Of a stretch of DNA of 64,000 nt, positions 38,380 to 51,530 are shown one piece after another. Within the stretch, counting starts at the first letter, position 1. Every line of letters starts with the position of its first letter. This DNA comes from Callorhinchus milii (taxonomy: Eukaryota): NCBI RefSeq assembly GCF_018977255.1, contig NW_024704745.1, forward strand, positions 26,722,001 to 26,786,000, written 5' to 3'. The position numbers and the translations under genes are program-made. Under the pieces are notes generated by a model that did no database searches, was not told where the DNA came from, and saw nothing but the letters and a program-made list of their open reading frames with translations.

Positions 38380-38765
38380 GGTCCTGGAAAGGCAGACCAG
38401 TCACCTGGGGCAGGGAGCCATTCCACTCAGCTTCTGTTAACCCTGTAAGCCAAAGCCCTAATGGGTAAGGTGGTCCTAGCTGGACAAGCAGTGAGAAAGC
38501 TTACCAGACAGCAATGTCAATGGTTAGACTCCAACAGTACTCCAACGCACACTCTGGGGTCCCCAAGCCTTGGCTCTGCCTACCTGCACCAGATACTTTA
38601 CGGAATTAGGTAAGAAGGATGCATCCCTCCAGGGAGAGAGTGCGCATTCCATTCCAACAATCTATCTCTGGAATTTCCATGTCTAGGTTGGATGCAGGGA
38701 AATCTCAACTTGGTTTGGATACTCTTAAGCATGGTGATAGGTTTCTGCATGTGTCAGATGTTATG
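38380..38765 (-). repeat. Unclassified ancient interspersed repeat, copy 2 of 4 (longest)
   Basis: Reverse complement ctgcttgtccagctaggaccacc...ggctttggcttacagggttaac matches 43506-43553. Confidence 0.78.
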
Positions 38766-39750
38766 TTCTCAACAATCAATGTGTAGAACACTCTTTTATT
38801 CTCAGTTCACAAGTTATAAATCAAACAATCCAACCAAAAATCCAAAGACGCTGTTGTGCACCGTCTATCACCTCCTCTTTGCACCCCCTCAAGCCCCCTC
38901 GATCCTCACATCAAACGTCAAGTGCGAAGAGGTCCTAGACTTCTTTGTCTCAAAGATTGAAAACATCTGCTTGGCTGCATCGTAACCCCCATGTCCCTTT
39001 CCATCCCATCCAGACCATCCACACCATCTTCTCCCTCTGCCACAGCTCCTGCCACAAGTCTCTCCTTACACTCCTTTGCTCCCATTTCTCCCTCCTCCCT
39101 CTCAACCACAATCACCTGGATGATGTTCACCACCAGCTATCTTGACCCACTCCCCACCCAGCTGCTGGTTACTCAACTCCCTCTCCTCTCCCCCCTGCTG
39201 GCCGACACGGTCAACCAGTTTCTCTTCTCAGGCTTTGTTCCACTCCCCCAGAAAACTGCTGTTATCTTCTCCACTTCCACAAAAAACCCACCTCGATCCC
39301 TCTAATCTCTTACACTATCTCCAAGTTACCCTTCCTTGCCAAAGTCCTGGAACGCATTGTTGCAGATCAACTTCGGTCACACCTCTCCCTCCACTCCCTC
39401 CTCGAGCTCCTGCATTCTGGTTTTCACCCTGCCCACAGCACAGAGAAAGCTCTTGTAAAAGTCACCAACCACGTCCTCTCTATCCTCATCCTCCTGGATC
39501 TCTCTGCTGCTTTCGACACAGTCAACCATGCCAACCTCCTCCACCACCTCTCCTCCCTCATCCACCTTAGTGGGTCCACACTCGTATGGCTCAAGTCCTA
39601 CATCTCCATTTCATCTTGGCAAATTGTTTCTCCTCCCGCCCCCACCCAGTCACCTACAGGTTACCCCAGGGCTCCAAACTTGGCACTCTTATTTTCCTTA
39701 TCTATATGCTCAGTCTGGGTGATGTCATCTGCAGACACGGGTAAACTTGT

Positions 39751-40256
39751 GGAGTCCTGTAGCTGAGTGATTAGAGCACTCGCTTTGCAAATGAGAGACC
39801 CGAGTTCAATTCCAGGCAGGGCGAAACCTTGAGCAAGTTTCCTTACTCCACACGCCTAATAATAATCCCTCCAAAACCAAAAACAATAAAAAAATTGGTC
39901 ATTTTCAATAATAATATAATAATAATCCTTGCATTTGATATAGCACTTTTCACGTCGGGAGGACGTCCCAAAGCGCTTCACAGAACACACTGTAAAGTAT
40001 ATTTGTATATTTGTGGGCGAACGCGGCAGCCAATTGCGCACAGCAATGTCCCACAAACAGTCATAGATTGAAAAAGACCAATTTATTATTGTTTTCGTTT
40101 TTTTGGAGGGATTATTATTAGGCGTGTGGAATAAGGAAACTTGCCCAAGGTTTCACCCTGCCTGGAATTGAACTCGGGTCTCTCGCTTGCAAAGCGAGTG
40201 CTCTACCACTGAGTTACAGGACTCCGCTATATCAAATGCAAGGATTATTATTATTA
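39751..40256 (+). mobile_element. Young DeuSINE, split (head 39751-39909, tail 40226-40256)
   Basis: Head ggagtcctgtagctgagtgattagagcactcgctttgcaa... and tail gctatatcaaatgcaaggattattatt. The middle ~120 bp is absent. Confidence 0.88.
39910..40225 (-). mobile_element. Young full-length tRNA-Ala-headed DeuSINE
   Basis: Complete reverse-complement match to 15067-15391. Confidence 0.92.
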
Positions 40257-41139
40257 ATTTCCACATGTATGTGGATGACACATAAATCTACTTGGACTCC
40301 TCCAGTACCAATGAAACCCTTGTGCATGCGTTGGTCACCTTTCGCCTGGATTACTCAAATGCACTCCTCGTTGATCTCCCCAGCTCCAATATTCAAAAGA
40401 TTTAGCTCATTCAGAACTCTGCCACCCACATACTTACCCACACCAAACTCCTGTGTGGAGGGGACTATCTAAGTGCAAGTTCTTGTTGTTGTTGTTGTAG
40501 TCAATTCTCCCCGCTTTCTGTTTTTCTAACTCCTGATCCCCTTTCATTGATCCTAGCTAATTGGTCCTTATTTTCTTAAAGAGCATCCAACAACAGTCAC
40601 CCAGCTAACCTTCCACAAACACCTTCCCTTCCAATTGTGCTATGATTATTCCCAGCATGAACATTATTCAAACACATCAAGTTTACACTGGCCAGCTAAC
40701 ACAAGGCATAGTGCAATCAATATACTTTACATTGAAATATAGTTTAAATTAAAGAGTGAAATTAATCTTTGTGGAAGGTTTTACAATAAAATAAAAGGAA
40801 GTATTTCTTCCCAGGATGAAAAAAAGTTGTCTTCCTTGCCTATTGTTTTACCAATGCATCTCCTCTACATCCACCCTGAAGAGGAAAATAGCTCAAAATC
40901 CCAATTCCCAATGCAAAGCTTTTGTTTGAGTCAGCAAAAAAGCCCCAAATCCATTTGACCTATTGAGTCTGGGCTTTAAAGCTCTTTATTCTAAATAAAA
41001 TTGTTGTTTCTGTGAGTCATAAAAGCTGGATTTTCTATCACACATTTCAGCAGAATCTACACTGAGGAGTTTTGTTCTTCCCATATCTCTTTAAATACAA
41101 TAAGGTCATTGTAGTGGAGATAACAGATATGCAGTAGAT

Positions 41140-41622
41140 TAGATTATAATCAGTACTGAACATTCTGACTGTCTGGAAACAAAGCCAAAGTCTATAAATC
41201 TGCACACTGTCCTAACCAATTTAACACCAGTTGGTTGCTTGTAAAACAGCTGACTGTTCCCTTTGACAAATCCATGATGCATTACACCGCAGTGTTTCAG
41301 TCCAGTTCCACATCGGAAGGCATTCAATTTTTCATCTAGATTACTTAGTCTTTGTTAAGTACTTTTTTAAGAAAAATTATAAAAATTTCTGATCCAAAAC
41401 CGGGTTAATTCTACAACATAAAGTCTTTCAAATTCAGAATATTAGTAAATGTACTTCGGCATATTGCTCAGACTTTCCTCACCTATGTAAATTGGGGATG
41501 AGCTTCATCAATAGATAATTATGGGGAGTGGATTGATTTTGGTAGCTCTTTTCAAAGAGCTGGCACAGACACAATGGGCCAAATGGCCTCCTTTCCTGCT
41601 GTATAATTCTATGATTCTATGA
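41140..41622. mobile_element. CR1 RT fragment (-, 41140-41340) and CR1 tail (+, 41515-41622)
   Basis: HHGFVKGNS...FIDFGF on the reverse strand. gggccaaatggcctcctttcctgctgtataattctatgattctatga is the CR1 octamer tail. Confidence 0.7.
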
Positions 41623-41974
41623 TACTATGAATACAAGGGCATTTAATAAAGTAACTGGTGAAGGGCAACTTGATGGATAACGCTTCCAGAAAGAATCCAT
41701 TCATGAATAGAATCAATAATACATGGCTAAAATAAGCTGTAATAAGGGGGTTCAGGAGATGTTAGAAACTGTTAGAAACTGTTAGGGTTTGTGATTTCAT
41801 CTGGAGATAGAGATTTCTTTCATTGTCTTGAATTCAGTCATAAATTGCTTTAGCTATTTCATGCACAGTGTACCATCAACAAACTTAATAGGACCATAAC
41901 TTGTCCAGAACAGTTTAATTTCAGAAAAATTATAGTAAAACAAACTTGTGAACAAGCATGTCTGAATGCTCTCC

Positions 41975-42245
41975 TCCTGTCAGGAATTGGAGGAACAGGC
42001 CATTCACTGGTGGTTGGGATTCTTCCCACTCAACTCAAATTAATCCTGCAAGCCAAAGCGCTAACGGATAGGGTGGTCTAAACTAGATAAGGAACAGAAA
42101 GCCTGCCAGGGTTCACAATGGCAAGTTCTCAGGTTCTTCAGTTTTAGCTCGTTCAATAGAGCACATTCTGGAAACTCCAACCCTTAGCTCCTGCCAGCAC
42201 TGAGCTTACACTCTCTGAGATTAGAAAAACAGGCTGCATCCCGAG
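41975..42245 (-). repeat. Unclassified ancient interspersed repeat, copy 3 of 4, followed by (GA)n at 42243-42277
   Basis: ttaatcctgcaagccaaagcgctaacggatagggtggtctaaactagataag is colinear with 38437-38488. Confidence 0.7.
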
Positions 42246-42328
42246 AGAGAGAGGGAGAGAGAGAGAGAGAGAGAGAGCACGCTTTACCAGATAAACAGAA
42301 ATATCCAGACATACATGGCAACCCAGTT

Positions 42329-42555
42329 ATAATAATAATAATGCTTGCATTTGATATAGTGCTCTATTATATAGCTCAAAGCACTTCACAGGATTTTACT
42401 GCAGTGACTGTATTTGTATTTGAAATACACAGATAACAATGTCCCACAAATAACCATGAATTGAGTGACCAATTTTAGTTAGGGTATTGTCGGCCAGAGC
42501 ACAGGGAGAAATTCCCTTCTCCTTTCAAATAGTGGCATGGTATCTTTACCATCAC
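42329..42555 (-). mobile_element. Old DeuSINE 3' two-thirds
   Basis: Tail plus Deu text (reverse strand aaagataccatgccactatttgaaagg). Confidence 0.7.
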
Positions 42556-43229
42556 ACACACGCATCGCACAAGAAGTGAGGTCAAATGCAACAAGACAAA
42601 CCAGCGGGCGACCATTTTTGACACACGGCAAGTGGGCCATCCACAAACCAAAAATAACTGCAGGGCATGTCTTGTGAGAGAAAAAAAATCTTTTTTAAGC
42701 AGCAGTCGATGATGGTGATCTTTCTGACTGTAGTCAAAAAGACGCCATTGATGAAATGAAAGAAGTTCAACTCAAGCACTGATGGCAGCACAGAGAAATA
42801 TGACTCAAGTCAAACAGCTTCTTTACAAGATCAAAGGATAACTGTCAAGCTCAGAGCCCAGATTGGTAGTAAAGTAAAGAATTATCTTGCCAAAAATGAT
42901 ATCAATGCACATCCATGAATCTAATTATCAATAGACCTTATCTTCTTCTTATGGCTCTGGATAACATTGGATCACCGCACTTCTCTTTCTTCTTGACACT
43001 GTAAGCTGTAGGCACCGATATACATTTGAACCCCATGTGCCTGAAGACAAAGAATTTACATAGTAGGAAAAGAACAAATTCCAGAAGTATCAATAGAACT
43101 CAGCTGTGCTCAACGATGTGAAAGGTGCTATAACAAATGCAAGAATTCTGCTTATTATTATAAAAGGTAGGTGATCATTAAAAAAGTTAGATGCCTTTAA
43201 CATTAAGAAACTGACCTTTCTCTTTTGAT

Positions 43230-43560
43230 CAGCTGGGTGTTTGACATATGTGGAATCCCATCACCATGCTAATGAGTACCCAAAGCAGACAGAGAAATAG
43301 AACATGTATGCCACCTATGTACGGAAATTTCCAAACATCTGGAAAGGAATGTGCACTCTCTCCCAGAGGGACACATCCTGCTAACTTAATTCTGGAGAGT
43401 GGAAGGCGCAGTAGATGAGAGCCAAGGCTCAGTGAACCCAGAGTGTGTGTTGCGAAGCTGCTGGAGTTTAACCAACCAAAACTGCATAGCTCATAAGCTT
43501 ACTGCTGCTTGTCCAGCTTGACCACCATTATGGCTTTGGCTAACAGGGTTAACAAGAACC
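43230..43560 (+). repeat. Unclassified ancient interspersed repeat, copy 4 of 4
   Basis: Aligns with 20140-20362 and with the reverse complement of 38435-38765. Confidence 0.78.
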
Positions 43561-43904
43561 CTAAATTCTGGTTTAGCTTTGTTACATAAAACTGTAACTG
43601 AATATCACAGTATTTGTCCAGTGAGGGCATTTATCCATAGGGCTTTGGATTGCAAGGTTGCAGACATCGAAGTTAGAACTTTGTCTTGGATTATTGTGGA
43701 CCTGCCTGACTATCCTAGGCATGTCTGCTCAGAATCAAGAAAACCCCACTTACTGCTCCCAAGAAGGAATTTAAAGCGAAAATAAATTAATGAAAAATTA
43801 TTGAAGGGCGATCTGTTCATATTGCTATGAATGACAAGTTTTTTTATTTTGTTCTGCAACAATTATAGCTTCAATTTTCAATTCCTGCAAAACAATTTCT
43901 GAAC

Positions 43905-44098
43905 AATATCTGAGTCACAAGGTTGTTGATTCAAGTCCCACATCGCGATATGCAACCCAGATGGTCTATGCTGACACTCCAGTGCAGTGCTGCATTGTTG
44001 GAGATGCCATCCTTCGGATGTGTGCTAACCGAGGACCTGTGTGCCTGTTCAGTTCGACATTAAAGATCCCATGGCACAGTTTGAAAAGAAAAGGGAGT
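43905..44098 (+). mobile_element. Old DeuSINE 5' half
   Basis: tgagtcacaaggttgttgattcaagtccca...gtgctgcattgttggagatgccatccttcggatg...taaagatcccatggcac. Confidence 0.75.
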
Positions 44099-45619
44099 AG
44101 GAATATGCGTAGTGGAGGATAATGCATACTTGACCACTCTATCAGTTTCCTTAGTCTGCAAGCACCATGTAATGTATTTTACTGTCTTAGTAATACTCTG
44201 GCCAGGCTGTCATTTACGTTTTAATAAACCTTACCAGTATTCCCTCATCTTGTTTTACACTGCATTTTCATAGGCAGAATGGATTTTTATGGATCATTAG
44301 CTCGTAATGAAAACTTTGATTAGGGAAGCTACACAAAATGTTTTCTGAATTTCTGTAGAGTCCTGACGTAGTCCAGACATACAGCTTGAACAAAAGTTTA
44401 TTCTTAGAACCAGACCACAAGTTCTGAGCCACTCTCCCACAAACCATTAATAACGTTGTGGCAGGCACACATTCCCAGATTTTCTGACTTTGTACTCTCA
44501 AGGTGTACACACACAGTGGCCAATTCAAACTTGGTGAGACTGACTTGCATCAGCTTCACCCTCCAGAAAACAAAACAGTTTTTTGTTTTGTACCTCTGGA
44601 CATAACTAATTAAACCAACTAAAACCAGTGTAAATGTGAAAGGTCAGCCACATGCAAGCATTTCAAAGCACCAATTACATATAATAGCCTGCTAGAAAAA
44701 AGGAAGACTGACCTATGTTAGTCATGTGCCATTTAACCCATAGAGGGGACTAACCTGTGGCATTTAACTCTGAGGTTCTTTCATAACGTATAAGAATCAC
44801 ATAAATGAGACTGCTTACCGGACGCACGCATGGGATCCCTGCTCAATGAGATGAACTTCTGGAGTGAAGTTCACACAGCTTGATAGGAATTCTCTCAGCA
44901 TTCCTTAATACCAAATTCCATTAAGAAATAACACAAATTGGACCCAGAAACACATTCCACCCTTTGACCAAATGCAAATAACTGATTGGTGGCTGGTTAA
45001 GGTAGTAAAGTTAGAAAACTCTTTTCAGCTCTTGGTTTTGGGCTTTGTTTCTTTTGCTGGCAGAAGACAATCTAAATAAAATGAGTTTGAACACTTAATT
45101 AAATTTCTAGTGAGTATGGGCCCATAATTTTGTACAATGTTGATATTCCCAACTCAGATGGATGGTGCGGCTTATTGAAATGTGACATTACTGCACTAAA
45201 GGGTGCTCTTCAGACATTGGGATCAGGTTTGGTTTTGCAATAGATGACAGGGAGTTCTACTCTCAAACTATTCTATGCTTGAGTTAAGAGTGCTTGATGC
45301 TGACACTGGGTATGTAAAAAGAAATCAGGTAATCCTTAAATTAATTTACATAAAATCACCAAAACACCCTTACACCCACAAACAATATATTATTGATCAA
45401 TAATAAATGAGTAAAAAGATTAAATTGAGCATGATTGAACATGATTCAATATGAATGATACTCACATTTATTGAAGGGTTTCATTCCACTTACCCAGTTA
45501 CTTTTAACAATGGCCCACAATTTAAACAGCTATGTTTCCAAAGATTGTAAAATTCTTGTTTACTTTTTATTTTAATTTTCTTCTCCAATTATCGACTCTC
45601 CTGTTTCTTCTGACGTATG

Positions 45620-46305
45620 TCTCTAAGGTTGCCTGGCACCCTCCATTGATTCACACAGTTGGCCTTGATTAATCTGTGAGCCTTGACATTGAGTGTTCGC
45701 AGGCTATTCAACCATGGTGGCTTACAGCTGAGCTTCATCTTGTCCTCACTCTATCCACAGATGCATACTTTCCAGCAATAAATTCTGGAATGCTACTTTT
45801 ACTAGGATGCTTCGGGCTAAGAGAGAATGCGCATATGAAGAAAGGGAGGTTATTTGGAACTTTTTTCACTAGAGCAGAGGAGATTGAGAGCGGATATGAT
45901 AGAAGAAGTGTTGAAGATATTGAAAAGGCAAGATAGGGTAGATGGAGAAAAAAATATGTTCTTTAGTTGAGGAATCAGTAATTCTTTTCACTGAAAAGAT
46001 TGTCATGATTTGGAATTCATTGACAGAGTGACTATTGAGGCTGGATAAAAAGGATGATTAAAATAGAAAACTGGATAAGCAGCTGATCAGTACAAATATT
46101 AATGGTATGAAGAGAACTCGAAGATGGGCTTGTTAAAACAAAGTGATTTAGTAAACCAGATAGCAGTGATACAGACGTGATGGGCTGAATGGCCTTCTTC
46201 TGTGAAGAAAATGTCCATGTTTCTATGAAACACCCTAACCTCTGTCCCCAGTTGAGATCAGATAACTCAGAATAGACCAAGGTTATTGTACCTTGGAAAT
46301 GGTAC
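45620..46305. mobile_element. Ancient SINE-like element (-) split by a decayed CR1 3' end (+, about 45790-46225)
   Basis: Flanks match 25568-25833 in reverse. The interior has RRLRADMIE-like text and a tgggctgaatggccttcttctgtg tail. Confidence 0.6.
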
Positions 46306-47619
46306 AATGTTGATTTAGACCTGCAATTCACTACTCACTGACTTCTCAATCTCAATGGACGTTTCAGGAAAAGAGGATAAATTTCCAAGCAATGACTGAG
46401 GAAAATTGGATATAAGTTGTAAGGTATGCAAAGGTGATTTGTTGCACTAACAAATGTATTCCCTACTTTATGACTTCAGGTTTGCAAAACCTGCAGCCCA
46501 GGAAAATTTGTGGTCTTGGAATCAAGAATTCCAAGACGGAAAAGTAAAAAAAAATAGCCCAGGAGCAGAATGTTGGTAGAAAAGTTTGGACTTTGCTAAA
46601 TTAAGATTTCTAAAGTATGAGCTGTAAATTTCACCACTAATATCGCAAATCGGACGTCATAAACTTATACTGGCAATTATCACAGCAAAAACAATTTGTG
46701 AACAATGCAAATGAGACCCGATGGAATAGCAAGTCAGCCCTGGTTCATAATTAAGCTGTATCACTTAACCAAAGCATGAAATGGGTCTGCAGCCCTTCCT
46801 CTGAGCCATGTGGTGAGTGGAGAAATATATAGCCAAAAATGTCATTACAAATGTGAGCACAACTACTTTACCTATTTCTGGAAAAAAAATAGAATGAAGG
46901 TAATACCAAGGTTGCATGGAATGATAACACACTTTTTATATCAATTGAACTTTAAATTTGAATAGATACATGTGCTGTCTATTGTTACATATGTCTTTTT
47001 TTCTTTGCTCTTTGTTCCTACACCTTCAACTGAGCCTAAGGCCATTGCCTTTCCCGCTAATCCTTTCCCCATGCTGCGCATCCACCATGCCAGTGTAAAG
47101 TGCTCCAAGACATTATTCAGCATGAAGAGGGCTGTATAAATCCAAGTTGCTGCTGCTGTTCTACATTCGTTTTTCTGCCTCTATTATTCACTTTTACTAA
47201 TTTCCTTTTTTTAATTTACTCAACAAAATTATTATTTTTTTCAGTCATATGTCAAGTTTTATTTCTGTTTTTTTTCTCACCTTCATACTTACATCTTATT
47301 TTTGAATATTTTCCTCTGCTGTCTTCCAGAGGTCATGAGGATTCATTGGCAGAAGGGAAGGATTGAGCAGACCATGTTCAACAATTTGTATCTAGAGCTA
47401 TAAACAATGACTTCCTGCTGCAATTCTTTATCAGTTCCAAATCAATGTGGTGCTGCAGGGTATCTCATGTCAGCAACAATATATGATGCATATCTCCACA
47501 AATGGGACTGATCTGATAACTAGCAAAAAAAAATCATGTGCTGCTAAGTTTCATGTTCATTGCTTTGTTTAGATTACTTTAGTGAGAGAAAATCTTATAC
47601 AGTTTGCAGTTATGTTCCA

Positions 47620-48338
47620 GGAACAGGAGTATACCATTTGACTCATTGAGACTGCACTACCATTTTCGCAGATCATGGCTGAACTTCATCTCAATCCCAG
47701 AACTTTATCTCAATATCATTTTACTTAGCAGTAAGTAGAAAAGCGTTTTTTAGTGGATTGGCAGATAGCTTTTCTGGGGATAATAATTCCTTCAAAAGAT
47801 AATAATAATTTGATCACTCAATCTACGACTGTTTTGTGGGACACTGCTGGGCACAATCAGCTGCCGCGTATCGCCCACAAAATATACAGTCAATTCACTT
47901 TATAGTATATTCTGTGAAGCGATTTGAGACATCTGAAAGACATGATAAGGCGGTATATCAAATTATTATGAATATTAATTTCCCATCTACTGTGGGTAAA
48001 CTCCCACAGGGACTGTAACTTGCCCAAATTATATTATTGGTGTAGAAAAAAACCTGTGAATCTTTAGGGACTGTTTGTCTCTTTCACTCAAAGAGTAAAG
48101 GCAGAGTAAATATAAAAATTACTTGTATGTTTGTAGTACCATATTCGTAAAAACACGTCAATATGCTTTAGAATAGGTAGTGATGTATGATTGTTTTTAA
48201 TAGGCCATTGTGGCAGCTATTACAAACAACTGATAAGTGAATGACTGATGAATCATAGAATCATAGAATTATACAGCACAGAAGGAGACCACTCGGCCCA
48301 TTGTGTCTGTGCCGGCTCTTTGAAAAGAGCTATCCAAA
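47620..48338. mobile_element. CR1 tail (-, 47620-47720), DeuSINE 3' half (+, 47780-47969), CR1 tail (-, 48251-48338)
   Basis: Matches to the tails described above; aatcatagaatcatagaattatacagcacagaagg at 48251. Confidence 0.75.
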
Positions 48339-48720
48339 TCAACATGGAGTAATGCTGACGAGAACATGAAGGGAAACTCCTTTCTCCCATTTTGGCATCA
48401 GAATAGCACATATCCCTCTTTTCAACGGGCACACACAAAAAGTGAAATTAAGTAAAGACGTTCAGAATTTTTTATGTCTCATTGATTTTTGACCATTAAC
48501 TCCCTGTATAGTTGTTTGAAGGATGATTCACTTAAGTGCTGCTTGCATGGGCTGTAACTTTTTCTAGCTGAAGAAAACAAGTTGACACCTCTTTATATAT
48601 TACCTTGTCATGCTGATATCACACTAGGGAAACATTATTTCAATTTCATTATTGTTGCAGAAGCTCCTGCCAACAAAAGCCGTCAATGTTGCATCGATTA
48701 ACTGCTACAACAATAACTGG

Positions 48721-48922
48721 ATAACAACAAAATTGCATTTGTACAGCCTTTCACATCCCAAGGCACTAGGCATCTAGTGTTTTGGACCTGAGCTGGGGTA
48801 GGGATCAGGAAAGGTGGAGGGCGGGGCGGGGGGGAGGGGGTTGGGGGGGCTAAGTAGGAGGATGATCGAAGGCACAATCGAAGAGGAAGATCTTGAGACA
48901 GGTCTTGAAGGAGGCAAGGGAT
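48721..48922 (-). mobile_element. L2 3' end
   Basis: gaagaggaagatcttgagacaggtcttgaaggagg (reverse SFKTCLKIFLFD) and an (aac)n tail. Confidence 0.8.
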
Positions 48923-49174
48923 AAGTAACCACTAGAGAACAGTATTGGAGGATATTGTGATAGATGAAGATTGAAACGAATAAATTCACTATGGAAGATA
49001 ATGATTTCTGTGATGCTAGAGTCTCGCATGGGTGGGGGTGGTGGAGATAGTGGAGCAAAGAAAGCATTATCTCTGAAGAGAAATACATGATTTATTACTA
49101 GGAATGAAATGGAAATGGAATGAAAGCGTACTCTAGAGTTTTGTATTTTCAGAGAGTATCAATAAAACACACAC

Positions 49175-49540
49175 CTCGCAAAATCACGAGATTGGTTTAG
49201 ATGAAGAAGGCCCTTCCGCCCATCTAATCTCATTCTTTAGAACAAACACCCTACCATCCCCATAGCATCAAGCTGCTTCCCAAATGAGTCTAGCTTCCTG
49301 GCCTCGATCACCCGTCCTGGCAATCTGTTCCAGTCATCAATTACCCTCTGGGTAAAGCAAAACATTTTAGTGCCTGTCCTGAAATTGCTCTTTGTAACTC
49401 TAAACCTAGGTCCCCTTGTACTTTCTTGGTGCATCCTAAAGTATTATTCTGGGTTTACTTTTTCAATACCATTTGAAATGTTATTCATCGCTATTAGATC
49501 CCCTCTGAGTCATCTTCTCTTAAGACTGAAGAGTTGAAGG
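49175..49540 (-). mobile_element. CR1 3' end
   Basis: ORF 49237-49434 reads STRGPRFRVTKSNFRT..KMFCFTQRVIDDWNRLPGRVIEA..LDSFGKQLD. Confidence 0.85.
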
Positions 49541-50353
49541 TAGAATGGGTGGGATGGAGTTCACATTAGGGCAGGTTTTGCGTGGGTTGTGGGCAGAGTT
49601 GAAGCCCAGAGACAGATGGTTGAACAAGTTTTTCTTGGTCACTTCAGGTTTTCGGTATAAATTGAGTCCCAAGGCAATATAATTGGGTAAAAGTAACTAA
49701 AATGACTTGATACAAATATTACCCTAGGATAATATGATAATGCTACCTTAAGGAAGCTAATAAATGCTTTCCTCTTGTGTAGGTAAAACACTTCTCCCAA
49801 CTTGTGCATACTTTGTAAAGTTGTCTGCATCCCTTTACTATTTTTAATTTACCAGCTATAAATCTGTTGAAAGAATTGCAAATCATTCAATCCTGAATGG
49901 CAATTATTTTGCAGAGATTTTGCTGTCATTCTAAGTTCAACTATCTTCATTTTAGGTAACATTTATCATATTTATAGAAAGCTGATAGATTTTTAAATAG
50001 CACCGTATTCATTTAAAAGACAGATTATAGGAACATGTCATATTTACTTTTACGTTTAAATTTACTTTTGTTATTTATGTAGGGTAGGCCAGTAACAGAA
50101 GTCACATCAGAAACTTTAGTCTGTGATATTTAAAAACTAGGTACTCTAATTGTGAATTATGGTTCCAAATATCAAAAGCCATTATTTATTTGCCAAACAG
50201 CTAATTCCATTTTTTTTAAAAACTGCAACATATCAGAAAATACAGGAATGCAAAAATGCTTGGCCATTTATTGAACATCCCAGAGTACAAAATTGTCATT
50301 TTCTTGCTATTTGTTGGAAATTATACTTAATTGATTTACAAATATCACTAATT

Positions 50354-50795
50354 AAGAACATAAGAACATAAGAATTAGGAGCAGGAGTAGGCCATTCGGC
50401 CCCTCGATCCTGCCCCACCATTTAATAAGATCATGGCTGATCTTCAGACCTAACTCTAATTAAGTGGCTTGCAAGACTTGCAAATATAATTGCAATTAGT
50501 ACTTCAAATCCAATTTGTCAATATTGGAAATTAGATCCCCTTTAATTCTTCTTAAAGATTTGTCCAGGTCTTCACCACTATCTTGTCTCCCTGAACTGCT
50601 GAGATCCTCATCCACACCTTCACTCATCATTATTTCCAACTGTCTACCCCCCTCTCCCTCTCTCACACACACAAACTCCTTCCTCAGTATTCTACCAACT
50701 ACCCCCCATCCAGCTCAGGCTTTCAGTCAGCCTTGTGAAATGCTTCAAAATGTCCTTCCAGAGTGAAATGTGTCATGTAGGTGTAAATTGTTGTT
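50354..50795. mobile_element. CR1 tail (-, 50354-50455) and decayed L2 3' end (+, about 50570-50795)
   Basis: (aagaacat)n aagaattaggagcaggagtaggccattcggccc. A pyrimidine-rich stretch ends gtgtaaattgttgtt. Confidence 0.6.
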
Positions 50796-51208
50796 AGAGC
50801 CTGTGTATACATGGTCTCCCTAGTAAATGTTGGAAGTGTAGATTATCTTGTTCCTCAGGCTAAATCAGAGGGGTTGTCTTTGAAGAGGAAGGGATGTTTA
50901 CAGCACTTGTCCGTTTCCATTCTTATGTTTCATCATGTGTCACAATCGATGAGGTTGATTAAGTTTCTAAGCACATATACATTGTGGAGTGGCCAATCCA
51001 AACAGAAAGTGCAACATAAAGGGTACTGAGACTGGTTTGCATGTTGAAGGGCTGGTTGGTACATGTTGGCATGTTTCCTTTAAAGGAGTGTAAGAGGAGC
51101 TTTAGAACACATGACGCATGATCCAAGTCATTAAAAATATGAGAAGCATCAATGAGGTACTTGTAAGCAGGGAATTTGACATAGAGCATGACAGCAGATC
51201 GAGAGGGT

Positions 51209-51530
51209 ATAATAATAATATAATAATCCTTGGATTTGATCTAGCCCTTATCACGTCTTTTAGATGTCTCAAAGCACTTTACTGTAAAGAAAATATACTG
51301 TAAAGTGAATTGACTGTATATTTGTGGGCGAAACGCGGCAGTCATTTGCGCACAGCAGTATCCCACAATCAGTCATGCGTTGAAGTGACCAAGTTATTTA
51401 TTTTTTATTCAGGGATTATTATCAGGCGTGTGGAGTAAGGAAACTTGCCCAAGGTTTCACCCTGCCGGGATTAGAACCCAGGTCTCTCACTTGCGAGGCA
51501 AGTGCTCTAACCACTGAGCTACAGGACTTC
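51209..51530 (-). mobile_element. Full-length young DeuSINE inserted in a decayed CR1 (about 51040-51700)
   Basis: Complete head-to-(TTA)n match to 15067-15391. CR1-like flanks read HDSRSRG...FKANL.TKICFI. Confidence 0.88.

Larger units (their letters stand above)
38850..40498 (+). mobile_element. L2 LINE RT region interrupted by a nested SINE pair (39751-40256)
   Basis: LDPLPTQLL...ISKLPFLAKVLERIV...SGFHPAHSTEKALVKV...LLDLSAAFDTVNH. FHMYVDDT resumes after the SINEs. (TTG)n tail at about 40483-40498. Confidence 0.9.

Noticed and set aside
41757-41785. Short tandem duplications (also about 4710-4732, 55011-55050, 57015-57055)
   Set aside because: Ordinary slippage products with no higher-order structure.
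42700-42783. + strand acceptor followed by VDDGDLSDCSQKDAIDEMKEVQLKH*
   Set aside because: Weak pyrimidine tract, short, with no supporting partner exon.
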